A stretch of DNA of 64,000 nucleotides from assembly GCA_000165425.1 (NCBI GenBank), contig CT868285.1, positions 1 through 64,000 of the forward strand, given 5' to 3'. Within the stretch, counting starts at the first letter, position 1; each line of letters starts with the position of its first letter. The stretch comes from Paramecium tetraurelia (taxonomy: Eukaryota). A model generated the notes under the pieces. The model saw only the letters and a list, made by a program, of their open reading frames with translations. It made no database searches and had not been told where the DNA came from. The position numbers were made by a program, and so were the translations under genes. Shown one piece after another: positions 27,452 to 41,602 of this stretch.

Positions 27452-28772
27452 TCATTAATTATAAATTGAGAATCTTTTGAAAAATGATTTTATTCTAATG
27501 TTAACTGATTCATAATAATCTTTATTTAAAGATTAAATAAATATCAGGAGATATTCATTAATTTCTTTATAGTTAATTCTTTTTTTATTTTTCAATCTAA
27601 TTTTAGTAAATCTAAATTCTAAGTTTCCATCTAAATCTTGTTAATATAAATCAAATTTAAGCTTTTTGAAAATGATTCAAACTTGTACTCTTTTAAAAGA
27701 TCTTGAAAATAAACTTTGTTGATCCTTATCTAATTAATTAATGCAAATTTTAATCATCTTTTCTTTTTGTATCAGACGATACTTAAAATACATTTTATCC
27801 TAAATGAGAAGCATTCTCAAGCAGTATTTAAATAATAATTTTTTAATATTTTCTAGGGATGACTGAATCACAAAATATTGTTAATTTATATTTCATTCTC
27901 ATTATAATTTTTAATCTTAAGCGTTCATTCTGAATAAAGGAAAATAGTATTGTTTTAGATTGAATTTCTTATGTACTAGATCGATTAACATCAAATTTGA
28001 ATGGTGCAAATACTTTTAATTTTATCAAGTTAGATAATTTATTATTATAATAAAATATCAATAATCAATAATCTTAATTCATTTAAAACAACAACAAGAG
28101 CGTTAAGAATTATTAATTTATTATTGAGCAGTCGTAAAACTATTGAGATAATTATTACATTTTTGAGACCATTATTTTACATCTAATTGATGGATTTTGT
28201 AATAGAGCTATGAATTAAATTCCAGAGCCTCTAATACTGTTTCTAAAAATCTAAGAGACGAAGCGTATTGCATCTCCAAATGTAACCCTTCTAATGTCTA
28301 CAATTTTTTAATATTACACTTACTTTAATGTCTTTAAATAGGATATCAACCATGATATTTGGAGGAACACTGTAAACTTATGAAAAGTCAGGGTTATCAA
28401 AGTTTATGAGAAGTAAAGTATTTTAGATTGCCATGAGACAAGATATCATATCTTCAAACATATTGAGAAAATTTTCTAAAAGGGCTTATTTTTCGTATTT
28501 CGATTTTAATCCTTAAGTTATTAATTCTAAAAACCTGCCATGTTTTCCATAAATCTCATTTCATTAAATTGGCTGTAGTATTCAAGATATTATAATTTAT
28601 TTTTTTCGATAATTTAGTAGTAATTTTGACAGGCTTCACTTGGAACTAGAGAGAGTTGTGGTTTAGAAAATGCAGATTATGGCATTCTGAGAACAGTAGT
28701 ATTGTCTTATTCGTATTAAATAACAGAGTTTTAAATTTGAGTGTTAGAAGGAAAAATTTTCTTCGTTTTCAT
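27452..28772 (-). CDS. Hypothetical protein
   Basis: Long ciliate-code frame MKTKKIFPSN... with a 26-nt GT..AG intron, ending ...SFFKRFSIYNQ*. Confidence 0.6.
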
Positions 28773-29176
28773 ATATAATAAAATAATTATACATAGGTCA
28801 ATAATATAAGCTTTAATGAGTTTTAAAATTTCAATCAAAATTCAAACAAATTTTATTCTTTGCCTTTGAAGATTAACAACTCAACTATTTTAAATGACTC
28901 TTTACTGCCTTTTCATTTAATTTCTCATAAATAGCAACTTTATTTTTATATGAAATTTTGATCAGGGGGAAAATAAGGTTCAATTAAAAATAAATAAATA
29001 ATATAAAAATTCATTCTAATGAAAAGTTTAAAAAAGTTATCTTCAGATTAATCTTGAAATCTAGAAATCATTTTTCTTTTAAATTCATTCTGGATTATTC
29101 ATAACACTTCTGGTTAATATTTATAATGCAAAATATATTCTTTACAATATCAGTAATTAATTAAGTTCTTATATTT

Positions 29177-29569
29177 ATGAAAAGAAAATCTACATTTTTT
29201 AAATATGGAAAGCATTAGAGCCCTGATGAACTGATTAAACATCTAAATTAATGCTCCCTTTGTCCTAAATTTATAGAAAATAAGTAATAAGCTAATGTGA
29301 CAAACCAGAATACAATGGTTCTAAATAAAGTTGAGATAAAAAAGAGCAAATCAAGAGATTGCGAAAGAAGTACAGCTATGAATCGTTCGCGCCTCTAAAG
29401 GGAATACTTAAGATTCTTGCTTACGACTGACGGACCAACGAGCGAATTTTACTAGCTAGAAAAAAAAAAATTATAAATCAAGCTTTAGGATATTTATGAA
29501 ACAGCCTAACCTAATGTCTGCTTGTCTAAATTACTCGGATAATACTAATAACTAGTAAATCCATTTTGA
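29177..29569 (+). CDS. Hypothetical protein (130 aa)
   Basis: MKRKSTFFKYGKHQSPDELIKHLNQCSLCPK...LVNPF*; coding-like composition; start uncertain. Confidence 0.55.
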
Positions 29570-30299
29570 TTTATTGAAATGTTAATACAACTCATGTTTT
29601 ATCATTTTTCCTTATTTTTTCAATATTTTTTGTTAAAATTTTGGTTTCATAGGTACCATTGAAGATAGAGAGGGACATCAACCTTCAAAGTATTACTTCA
29701 GATGATTATTTTTTCAGTTGCCTAATTTGAAGTATTATTTACAATTTTTATTGTTCTATTCTCTCTAAAGAGTTTCTTTCAATTTTTTTATATGATCATT
29801 CTCAAATTCCTTTTTGAAAATATTCTTTATCTGAGCTTTAATACATTTTTTATCTCTCTTTCATTTAAAATGCTCAGAACTTAACTAGCCAAAGAAGAAT
29901 ATTGCTTTCAATTAATTTATCCATGGCTTTAAAAATTTTCATGTACTGATTAAAAATTAACTGAGCTTGCTAATTCTTAAATTTGAAATAGCAAACACTA
30001 TACACAGAATAGTGTTTAACTCTTAGCATTCTTTTATGCTTTTTAATGGATACCGCATAAATTCTTCTAAAATCATCTTTCACTACTTTTTCACATTTCT
30101 CTTTTGACATTCCATTCATTTGAACTCATTAATCTTTATTTCGATCATTGTTTGCAAATAAGTTTAAATATCTAGAAAAAAAAAAATCTATATTAAATTA
30201 GAAACAAAACAAATAATTTATTAAATTTTAATTAAAATAACAGTTTTTGAATCTTTTATTTCTTAGTTCTTAATTAATTTAATAAAATGAAGAAGAACA

Positions 30300-31705
30300 T
30301 TTTTATAATTCTTGGTGATGATATGATTGATTCCAACTTTATTTTATTCAACAAACTATCAGAATATGATATGCCTTTTTCTTAGAAAAAAAACTGACCA
30401 ACAACAACCCTTTTTAATCCGATATTTTATTTATTTCTTTAGGATTTCTATTATTCTACCTATTGGTAAAGTGATTGGATGTCGTTGTAAAAATCAACTT
30501 TTAATTTCCTTTTGGTCATAAAATAGGTGATTTTTTTAATTTTTACTTTAATAAACTCATTATTTCATTATTTCCAAATAAAATAGAATTCTCTTATTAG
30601 GTCGGCCAAAGATAAAATATAAACACAATTAACATCAAAAATATATATATTTCATCTTTTTCAGAAATTCCAAACTCCCTCACCATCAATGATCTTAATT
30701 AATTATGAATCTCATTCATCCAAAAAATCTTCTCTCAAATTTCTCTCATTAATTAAATGTTAAGTATGCTATTTCCAGACCTTTTGATAGTATTTTGGTT
30801 GACCTTCATTAACAAAGAATTTATAGATCTTTTTTTTCTTCGACATCTCTTCCAATAAAAATGAGACTCAATCTCCCATTTCCCATGAACTATTTTCATC
30901 AAATTTTTCTCTGCTTATCGTTTTATCCATAAATTTAGTTGTAAACTATGAATCTAATTATTTTTAATTTAAACTTTTTACTCAGAACCATTCTCTTAAT
31001 AATTTATAGTTTGAGTTATCATTTTAGAATTATCTTGAAAATTATTTACTCTATTTTTAAAAGCCATGTTTTAAATATTAATCAACAATTTGATTATATC
31101 ACATAGTCTTCATTAACTGAATCTTAAAAGGGTTGATAAGTTTCGATAATTAAGATAATCTCGACTCTGCCGGTGAAAGTGCAAGATCAGCACTACTTGC
31201 AATTACAATTGATATATTTTAGAGGTGTATAATTTTGACGAACCATTGTGTTATAAATAAAAATTATTTATCATATATCATTAAATAGTGTTTTGAATTA
31301 AAATTTCTTGATATCAGCTTAAGAACATGTTCTTGTGGTACAAGCCTTTTGTGAAGAGGATTTACTGTTTGGTATTAAAAATAATGGCAAGGGTTTTGGT
31401 GAGATCTGAAGTAAGGGAAGGGATTACTTTTTGTTTGGTCTACCACCATTAAGTAAATAATTATTGTAAATGCGAGTAGTTAATTTTAATGTTGTCTTTT
31501 TCTTTTATTTTCTATTCTATATAGCAATATTTTCTTCGCTAGCTTATTTACTGATTGCAAATTGTGTGCGTAATCTCTAGTTTGTAAACAACAATTAAGC
31601 ATTATTGTTTTCTTGAAATTTCTCCATAGATGTTCCTCTGGATCTCATCTTTATATCACGAAAAATATTTTTTAAAGCAGTTGTTTAAGTATTGGCAGAT
31701 TACAT
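30300..31705 (-). CDS. Hypothetical protein
   Basis: ATG at 31705 (MQSANTQTTALKNIFRDIKMRSRG...) and long coding-like frame; 3' end not resolved. Confidence 0.55.
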
Positions 31706-32956
31706 TATTATATTTAAATATAAAGTGAAATACAGATTCAAAGAATATATGTAAATTGCACGCTTAATAATATTTAATAGTATCAGATTTGAATTACAAT
31801 TATTTCAATATAGCCTTACGATTTCTAATTCCTATATTCAAGGTTTTCACATTTTAATTATCCCCTAATTTTAATCGAATATTTAAAACATATGATTGAA
31901 AGTCAATTTATTAGGTGCAATTAAGCATTTCCTCAATGATTGGTATATATTTTATAATTCATTTAATGAATAGTAGCGTTTTTATATTTTAAATTCCTTA
32001 ATTTATTTGAGTCATTCTCATCTCCCTTTATTAACACTTCAGCGATTGATATTCACTCATTTTTTACGTTATCAATATCTATAAGCAATTTCTTTTTTTG
32101 TATTCCTTTAGAAGATAATTTCAAACTCTCATTTCATAATTATCTACTTAGTAATTCCAAATAAATAAATATTGAACTCTACATTCAATTTAATAGAGTA
32201 ATTGGTAATATTCTGTCCATTAGTTATAGAAATAGATAATTAAAATTCATTTAATTCTTACAACATAGATTTGATTATTGGTAAATTTCTTTGGTTTTAT
32301 TAAGTCTATGGTATTTAGACTTTCATTGAGTTAAATAATTGTTGTTAAATTTCAAAAGCAATTATTAAATGTTTTAATTACTTGTTTGAATTAAAAGGAA
32401 AAAACATAAACAGTAATTTTTGTCAATAAATGATTTTAGTTATATTGACGATTTTGCAGCCTTTTAAAATCGATTTATCTCCCCTTTTTACTACTTAAAA
32501 TATAATAACTTTATTTAAAAACATTTTTATATTTTCACATTTTACAAAATTAATTACTGATAATCTTTATAATCTCTCAATATATAAAATGATAGTGCTT
32601 CTTTAAATATGTTATCACATAACAATTACTAGATTTTTGATAAATTTTCATAATAAATGTAATCAGTGTGAGTTGTAATGAATTTATTATCATCATATCA
32701 AAATTAATTTTGCAAAATAAGATCTCATTAAAATTCAAAGTTTAAGCAAGTATAGCAACTTTACTTATAACTTAAAATTGATCGATTCTAACTTATTTCA
32801 AAAAGAAATTGTATAAATCCAATATGAAAAAGCAAAGAGAGTAATTAATTATAATTAAATTTTGAGATTAGATAGAGATGGTCTAGCCTAATGTTTTTAA
32901 TACAGTTTTAAATGATATTATAATTTATTTTGGATATCATGAATAAATACTCACTT

Positions 32957-34254
32957 TCATTGTCCCCATGAAGCCATTTATCTCTTCACATTTTCATAGT
33001 TTTTTAAGGTTTAATCGATCTTAGGTTCAGCTCTCAAGAAATCTTCTTTTGCTCTATTATATTTATCTATCATCTTAATTACTTTTTGTCATTTGCTTAG
33101 ATGGCTGCTAATTAATCTTTGCTAAGTGAAATCAACTTCTTCTATCTAGAAAGTCTTAATCAAAATTTTACTCAGCAGGAGATAGATTTTATATTTTACT
33201 GACATGTTCTTTAATTGTTTTAAGAATCATCTCAATCAAAGGATCACTTTCGTAAGTCATTTTTCCTTAAGCTAAACCTTTAAGAGCAGACTTAAATAAT
33301 GCCTTTTAGATTTCTGGAAGGTTACTCTTTAAATTAGTTTCCAAGGACTTCTAAGCAGCTTCAATAATTTCTTATAATAATCTATTTTAATTAATCTATG
33401 TTATTATCTTTAAATAATATTACTTGTTCTGCTTATTAAACTGATTTAAGGATGTTTTGAGATCTCTCAGCAACGTGTCTCTATAGATTTAATTATTCAT
33501 TCATAAGAAACTAAAGATTATTAATATTATTTTACAGTATTAATTAATTCTGCTTTAACATCTTTGAAATTCCTTGTGTAATTACCCATATTCAATTTAT
33601 CCTTTGGCTGCTTCAAGGAGTGTTCTAATTTTGAGTTACATATTCTCGTGATAATATTGATCCAATTAGAAACATTCATTTCCAGCTACTCTTCTGTAGA
33701 ATCTTGCAAGCAATGGTTTCATAAATGATTTACGACCTTCCAAGTAGAAGTACATGATTTGCATCCAGAATAAGAATGGCAAGAAGGATGATTTAGCAAT
33801 CCAATGAAGATTTGTTGTGCCTGCTGCAAATCCAATAACAATCAATCCTCCATAAGTGAGAAGAAGATATTTTCTTGCAACAAGGAAATTTTCATAATGT
33901 GGAGAGACTTATTCTGGTCCAATGAAGTTGTAAAACAATTCAGATGATTTAATCTACGAAATAGTATTCAACACTTACACCACTCATGTTCACTGGATTG
34001 TGTGGATTATTGTATGGATGCTCGAATGCTTTACCCTAAGGTGCAACATTTGGTGCTTTATTTTCTTTCTCAATTGCTTCACTATACGATTAAAGATTAT
34101 GTTCTTACAGCTTTTGATTGAATTGTGTGACGTATTCTGCATATTTGCTTTGGAATTTTAAGAAATTCTTTCCTGCAATATCCTTGTGAGTAGCAGTTGC
34201 TGTAGCAAATCCAAAGAATCCCACTCTTCCTGAAGATTTTACCAAAAATTGCAT
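32957..34254 (-). CDS. Mitochondrial ATP synthase subunit b, ciliate type (apparent 1-nt frameshift)
   Basis: KAFEHPYN, FIGPEQVSPHYENF, FWMQIMYFYLEGRKS, PLLARFYRR, YESDPL and C-terminal ASWGQ* match my recollection of the Tetrahymena ATP synthase b sequence; multiple short introns. Confidence 0.88.
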
Positions 34255-34638
34255 CTTTTTTAAAATATTTAATATACATAATGTTAATAAGTATTACTAA
34301 GAGAAGATGAAATCATCAAAACCTAAAAGTAGAAATATAATATATAATGACTTTAATCATTTGTCAAAATACAACAGATCATATTATCTAAGTATTTCAA
34401 TTCTAGTGTAATTTCTTCAGGACAGAAATATATTATCACAATATAATTTCATTTTGATTATCATTCAATATAACAAACGGGTTATTAATTTAATGATTAC
34501 TTAATTTAATAGAGTATAGAAAAGAAAAAGAAGCTATGCTTGCCATTCGAGATTGCATAGGAAAATTAAGAATGGTTAAAAGATAATATAATATAATTAT
34601 TATGGATAATAATTTATTTTATTATTTTATTTCAATTA

Positions 34639-35980
34639 ATGGGTAATAGCATGGTGGTTGATTGGAATGAGTAATTAAAACATTAATTCACTAAAGAAAA
34701 ATGCATTGAGCATAATCTTTTGGGTCCTATTGAAATATACACTTATATTACAGATGATTAAGTAAAAATATTTAGTAATAATATTCTTATAATATCCTAG
34801 GTAAGACACTTTAGCTTTCAGATTAGTAATATTTCATTGAGAAGACAAAGTTAAATCATCCTAATTTATTTCGAGCTTTGTTTATTGAAAAATGCTCAAA
34901 TTTTTGCAGTCGTGGTCAAGATATATATAGGGTTTATTATGATTATCCTGGAGAGGAGACTTTGGAGACTGTAATGAAAAAAAAGTATTGTTAATTTTAA
35001 CATTGAAAGGCAAAACCCCTTCAAAGAATCAGCCATTTGGAGTATCATTTTTTAGGTTGTTGATTGTGCTGAATATCTTCAAAACAAATTTAAATCTATT
35101 AGTAATATAAGTCTGAATAGATTATATCCTTAGGAGAGGAATCTCAAAATATTAGTAATATAGTATATATAAGTTTAGGAAGTAAATCATCTCTTTAATA
35201 TCTTGTCTTCTTATGATTAAGCATTATAAAACTGCATTTCAATTTTATCCCCAGAATAAATAGATCAATTAGAAAGAAATGTGCGTTTCCCTTAAATAAA
35301 TAATTTTAAAAGCGATGTTTATGCATTTGGAATAGTCTTGCTATGTTTAACAACAAAAAGTGAATTCAAATAATTTTATAATCAATTCAATTAGTTAGAC
35401 AAGAATAACATCTTTTAAAGTTTATAAACTATTAAAAATAATTATTCAGAATTGCTGCATGGTTTGATCTAAAAAATGTTAATCAATGATCCTGAAGAAA
35501 GGCAATCGTGGATAGACTTAAAAGTAATCAAATATTTGATAATATTAGAAATTCTTAGATCCTTACAAAGTGCTATAAGAATAAGAACAGCCTTTTTATT
35601 TAAATGTCAAACTTTGTCCTAAAATTATTCCTTAAGTACCTATTGTTCAAAGCCCTCAAAAAAATGAAATGATTTCCTTATTCCCTAATCAACCATAAGT
35701 TGTAACCTTAGCCCAACAAAACCCAGAAGTATTTTGGATACCATTTCGTCAGACTTAAAATTAACAGATTTAACAAGGTTACTAATCCAACTTTTTAGAT
35801 CATTCAGATACTAATCCATAATTAATAAATACTCAACCATTCATTTCAAATCATAATGCATTGGCCAATTATTAATCTCCCTAAGTTAACAATTAAGGAA
35901 ACATATTTAATTAATATCTTCCAGGACCCTAAAATGGAGCTGAGTATATTTAACCGTCACTGGGCATTAGATAAGAATGA
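34639..35980 (+). CDS. N-myristoylated pseudokinase with Gln/Pro-rich tail
   Basis: MGNS start, LNHPNL, ILSPEQ, KSDVYAFGIVLL, MLINDPEER; no recognisable HRD or DFG. Confidence 0.8.
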
Positions 35981-36532
35981 TATTTAATTATTTTTTAATA
36001 ATATTAATATTTCCCAATTCTTAAAACTACAATCCTATTAACATTATAAATAGTTTGGCTTGTTTTATTAGATAATTAAATTTAAATTTTTTGAATAACA
36101 AAGCATGTTTTTACATTTAATGAAAAAATTAAAAATGTAAATTGTAGCATGGTTTTTAGTTTAATTCTTAAGAAACCCTTCTAAAGTTGTTATTCTTAAA
36201 ATATTTATACCCAAAAAAGAATGTGTTTAAGTTAGAATTTGATATTCTGATATATAAATAATTGGAAAAATAAAATTTAACAACTATATATAAAATTGCC
36301 TCTTAAGAGAGTAATGAAAAATTATTTTAATTCAAAAAAAATTAGGTTCTTTTGCTCTCTGACTTGTACATATATAAATTTTCGAATTATAAAGCAGTAG
36401 AGTCTATGTCCAATTATTGGCAAAAATAAAATTAATTAATTTTTACTATTGAAAAAAGATGGAGCGTCAGTGTTAATTAATATAAAATAGCGGTATGACT
36501 TGTCGATAGACCTTCTAAATGAATTGGTACAC

Positions 36533-37788
36533 ATGGATCCCTATAAAAATATTAGTTAATACATCAGATTCCATCATCAGTCAACAGATTTCTCAAATTC
36601 ACAAAACAAAATTCCTGGAACATAATCACATTGTAACGACACTATTCGGTATGAAAGTCAGCATGCATAACCAAAAATATGTGTACAATATGAAAGCAAT
36701 TTGGAAAAAAATAGGGAAAAGATTTAAGAAATTAAAAAATTGATCTCAACTTCTAAAAAATCAAATCCCTTAGCAATAAAGAGTTAAAATAAGTAATTAA
36801 GCATAAATGAATCCAAAATGAAGATAGAAATACCTAAACCCATTCGCAATGTTTCTAATTTTTCTCATGACAGCAGAATTTCAACTACAAACAGTTAAAC
36901 AACTCCATTAAGGAGTTCTAGTCATGATAAACAACATAGTTACATGTAAATGTCAAAGAATTATAAATCTCCATTAAATAGATTTAAAAAGATTAAATAT
37001 TTAGGGAGAGGCCATATAAGCGATGTCTATTCAGTGATGTATGATCATAAATATGTAATTTAGTGACACAACAACTGGAATGATAGCAGCATTAAAGACG
37101 ATACAAAAGTCGTTGATAACCAGTAAAGGGATCTAAGGATTAATAAAAACGGAAATAGCAATACAGAGTTTAATAAACCACTAAAATATCCTTAAGTGTT
37201 ATGGAGTAATTAATGATGAGAAATAAGTATAAGATTTTATAATAAAAGATTGCTTTGGTTTTGGAATTAGGAGATATAACATTACTTAATTACAGAAAGG
37301 AAAAAAGGTTATAAGAGAAATAGATAATAGACATAATATATTAGGTGTTAAAAGGAGTCAGTTTTTTGCATTAGAATGGGATTATTCATAGAGATATCAA
37401 ACCTGAAAATATTTTATTGTAAAATGGAATTGTAAAGCTGGCAGATTTAGGTATTTGTGTGAAGGCTGCAGAAACTAATTAATATTGTGGAACTCCTGGA
37501 TACATGGCTCCAGAAATAATGGATAAAAAAAAATATAATAACAAAGTAGATTGTTTTAGTATTGGTGTTTTGTTGCATGAGTTGTTATTTGGAAAACTAC
37601 CTAAAATAGGTTAAAGAATTAATGGGGATACACAATTGATTAATTTAATGAATCAACTATTAGAAGTCAATCCTAAGAACCGTTTGAGTTGTAAACAGGC
37701 TTTAGAATACGATTTATTCAAGCTTTGTGAAAGGAAAGTACTGAAATAGACAGAAATGATAAAGAATACCATTTTATGGGATTGTTGA
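36533..37788 (+). CDS. Aurora-like Ser/Thr protein kinase
   Basis: [36 protein letters not shown]; start uncertain. Confidence 0.88.
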
Positions 37789-38347
37789 AATGAAATTATT
37801 CGAAAAATCGACGATTTTGTTTATATCTAATTTAACAATATTACAATTATTTTTCTATATCTGAGTACTAGAACCAAGCATGTTGATTAAGAGTATTTTT
37901 AATAATTAATTCTATTTAAATATGGAAGTTTAGAATGTCTTTTAGAAATATCTGATTCTTCAATAATGTTGATCATAGGAGAGATTTATATGTACTCCGT
38001 AAGGCACTAACATAGGAAATGTGTTATCAATGCTGATAGAGCAATTTCATAAAATTATTATCAGCATGTATTTATTAAAATCAGTCAAGAAAAGTTTGAA
38101 TATGTAATAAAAGAGTATCGCTTATGTAAGTTGGTTAATGCATTTTATATTTCTGTTTGATGTATGTGTTCCAGAAGATTAACCTTCTTCTTGAACCATA
38201 AAAATGACACTTTAACTGAGATCTGTAAAAACTGTTTCTCTATTTGGACAGGTTTTGAAGATTGGATATAGTTTTTGCATAAGATTTGAAGTGTGAAAGT
38301 TTATTGACATTATTTAAATCATATTGATATTTCATTACTTTGTTCAA

Positions 38348-38601
38348 TCAGCTTTCCAAGTAGCATTTAGAAGTTTTGCACTCCTTATTTACTGTATCAC
38401 ACATTTTCTTGCATTTGGATTAACTTTCCAATGATTATCTCAGTTGAGATTAAGCACATGTGTAGACGCAGATATTTATTTGAGAATCGCATTTGGCTTA
38501 GCATTCCTTGACTTTGCTGGTAAGAACTAGGGGTTCAGACGAAATAGCTTACCACCATTGAATAGCAAAACGATTAATATTATCAAGAGTTTAATATTCA
38601 T
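38348..38601 (-). CDS. Small secreted cysteine-rich peptide (75 aa)
   Basis: MNIKLLIILIVLLFNGVLTSKVKECQAKCDSQINICVYTCAQSQLRQSLESQSKCKKMCDTVNKECKTSKCYLES* after removing a 26-nt intron. Confidence 0.8.
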
Positions 38602-38613
38602 TTTAATTATTTA

Positions 38614-41385
38614 ATGTCCATAATTCATAATTTCGTTTAGTAGGTGCTACAATTTAAAGGCACCTACGATGACGCTTTATTGCAGGTTCAATCCTTCATC
38701 GCTTAGTTGTTGTGCTCCTTATTCGAAGTAAAGAAGAATCAAGAATTGCTGGTGTTTAATGCCTGCATAAAGAGGACAGATTAGGTCTTAATCAATCTTC
38801 ACGACTACTTTTTGGGTAATGCATTTTGAATATGAATAGAGATTTCTCCTCCAATAAAAAGTATATTTAGAGACAGGCCCTACAATCAAGAAGGATTCAT
38901 AAGCAGTGATGACGAAGTTAAACAAAGCGTTTTGCCATCTGCCACTAAACCGAGACAGTCCAACGCTCCTGTAGTGAAGGAAGTGATTTTACCAGTTGAT
39001 GAGAAAGTAAGAATGAGGGATGACTTAATTCAAAAAATGACAATTGGCTATTTGAAGGATGTACAACATTTAAGGGAGATGTTTGTCAGGAAAGACTTGT
39101 TCCCCAATGAAGAAATTTTCGATGCCTCCTATTACGATTACACAAATACGTTGGATCCCATAATTAGGTAATTTATCTACAACAAGATATTGGATCTTAC
39201 ACAATAATTTAGACTCCAAATCTAAAACCTCACTTAATAAAATTAAAAATACCTCAGTGAAATTGAGAAATTGAAACGACTGGTCAAAAAGATCATTGGT
39301 AGTGCAGAAATAGAATCCTAGATCAAGGCTATTTTATAAATAGACAAAGATTTATATAGATTCTGGAAAGGTGTGCAGGAGGTCATAGGAACATAGTAGA
39401 TTTTTGAAATATTTGAGAAAAGGAAATAAGGTTATGGAATTGATTATGTATTAATTGACAGATGCATTAATAACAGTTAAGCTTCTGCTCGAATTTTCCA
39501 AGAATTTAAAACTCAATTAGAAGGTAATTATTACTATAGCAAATAGAGCGATAAATAAAATTCACTGAGCAATTATTAAGGGAATTCAATATGTAGAAGA
39601 AGGAGACCGATGAGTTAAAGTATTACCTACATGATTAGAAAGAACAAAAAGATGTGGATATTCTAAAACAGAAAACCTATATCAAATCTAGTGTTGAGTA
39701 GATCTACGAAATTAAATATAATACATGTAATAAATATATTTCAAGTCTTTTAAGACCGAGAATAATAGAGACAAAACTTGCAAGAAGCCCTCGATTTAAT
39801 TGCAGATAAAGATTAACAAATCTGGATTAGAAAATGTGTTAAGAGACATGCCTTATATAAGTGGATCTATTTAGCCAAGATAAAGAAACTATTAAATTAA
39901 AAGAATACAAGAAGATCTTTATCGAATGATAGATCATGTAAATCAACAAATGTTTTTGGATTAAAGGATAACAGAGTTGCCAACTTGAAAAAAGAGTTGA
40001 AAAATCAGAATGAAATCGCTATGGAAGCATAATTGAATCTGTTTGAATGTTAAGGGGATTTCTAAAACCTAAAATCCAATTATACTAATCTGAAATATAA
40101 TTTTGAAATGCAATTATCAACAAGAATAGCAACTCAATAGACTAATGTATAATTAGAAAATATTGTTGATTATTTTGGCAAGATATTCAATTTCATTAAG
40201 AATAGAGTTGGTCTAAATTATTTGGAAATCAATTTGAAAAATTCTAAATACTTTTTGGAGAAAGCTGATTAACATTTGAAATAGTTTGAATAGAAAGTAT
40301 CCTCTATAACAGTTTAGGATTAAAATTTGATCTATGAATCATTGAAGGACTTAATGAAAAGGTAAATAGTATGGAGAAGGGTTACTTCCAATTGCAATTC
40401 ATTCACATTGACTGACGTCTATGATATTAAAAAGCCTCTATAAGATGCAGAATGCGAACTGAATTCATATATGCTATTAAAAAACGAGTAATTAAAATAA
40501 GCTGAATATGATAATCAAATAATAGAATTGGAATTAGAATAGGCTGAGAAATAATTCTAATAATAATTAGAGAAGGAACAGCAAAAATAATAGGAAGATG
40601 AAGAAGAAGAGGAATCTTTAATAGTTTAACAAACAGATGATTAAGCATAGGATTCTCAAAATGTAAATCAATTAATAAAATATAGTGTAATTAAAAAGCG
40701 AAAGTACCATCGCATGATCCTTAATAAGCAGACTTCGAACATAAATACAATTCTAATAAATACAAACGACGTAAGAGTTTAATAAGAACTGAATAAAATG
40801 AATTTCATTAATACAAATCAATTGTTGGCCAGGATAAGGATAGGGGGAAGATGAAAAATCAAACTTAATAAACTAATGTTTCGATTGATTGTACAAAGTG
40901 CTATAACGATATATTCGAGAGGATGAATCCAGAATTTCAACAAAAGTAGGAAGAAGATAAATCACAAGGCATAATTTAAATTTCTAAGTCTAAATTTTTT
41001 TAAACAAAATAACACACCATGGCTACTATCTTGACTTAATAAAATGTAGTAAGGATGTAATCTGCTAGATTTAAAAAAATAGAAAGACATCAAACCAATC
41101 ATATATATTCTCAAATTAATAGACCATAAAGTAAATAAGAGAGATCCATAACTTTAAAAGGCGAAAGAGCCTAAATAATAATTACACCAAAATCTGTTCC
41201 CATAACTTAAAGATAATTTAAATACACAAAATGATAAATATAACAATATACTTATTTTTCATTCTAACTTAATTTATACCTAAAGAAAATAAAAGAGTTT
41301 GCAATTCAATATGGTGATACTGTACTATAATAATGAACCACCTTATAATGAGAGCAACTCTGATGATTTCTACCTGAGAAAATGA
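38614..41385 (+). CDS. Large coiled-coil hypothetical protein
   Basis: Long ciliate-code frame that includes the ORF-track segment 38932-39171, short introns, ends DDFYLRK*. Confidence 0.8.
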
Positions 41386-41602
41386 AGTAAGCCAGTAATA
41401 AATAATTTTTTTAATTTTTTGATATGAAAAAATCATGACCTATTGAACAGAATTTTGATCTTAGGATATTATTGATGATTTTAATTTATTTGAAATTAAA
41501 AACTTAGAATATTAGGAAAGGAATTAATAAATTCTAAGTAAAGTATTTTATTTTGCATATACAATTATTGAATATTAAGTTATTCATAACAATTATAGAT
41601 TA

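Noticed and set aside
31750..32940. Long AT-rich gap possibly hiding a gene
   Set aside because: No convincing frame or motif by eye; the same applies to 6300-7000, 7770-8480, 21450-22200, 29600-30200 and 55600-56700.
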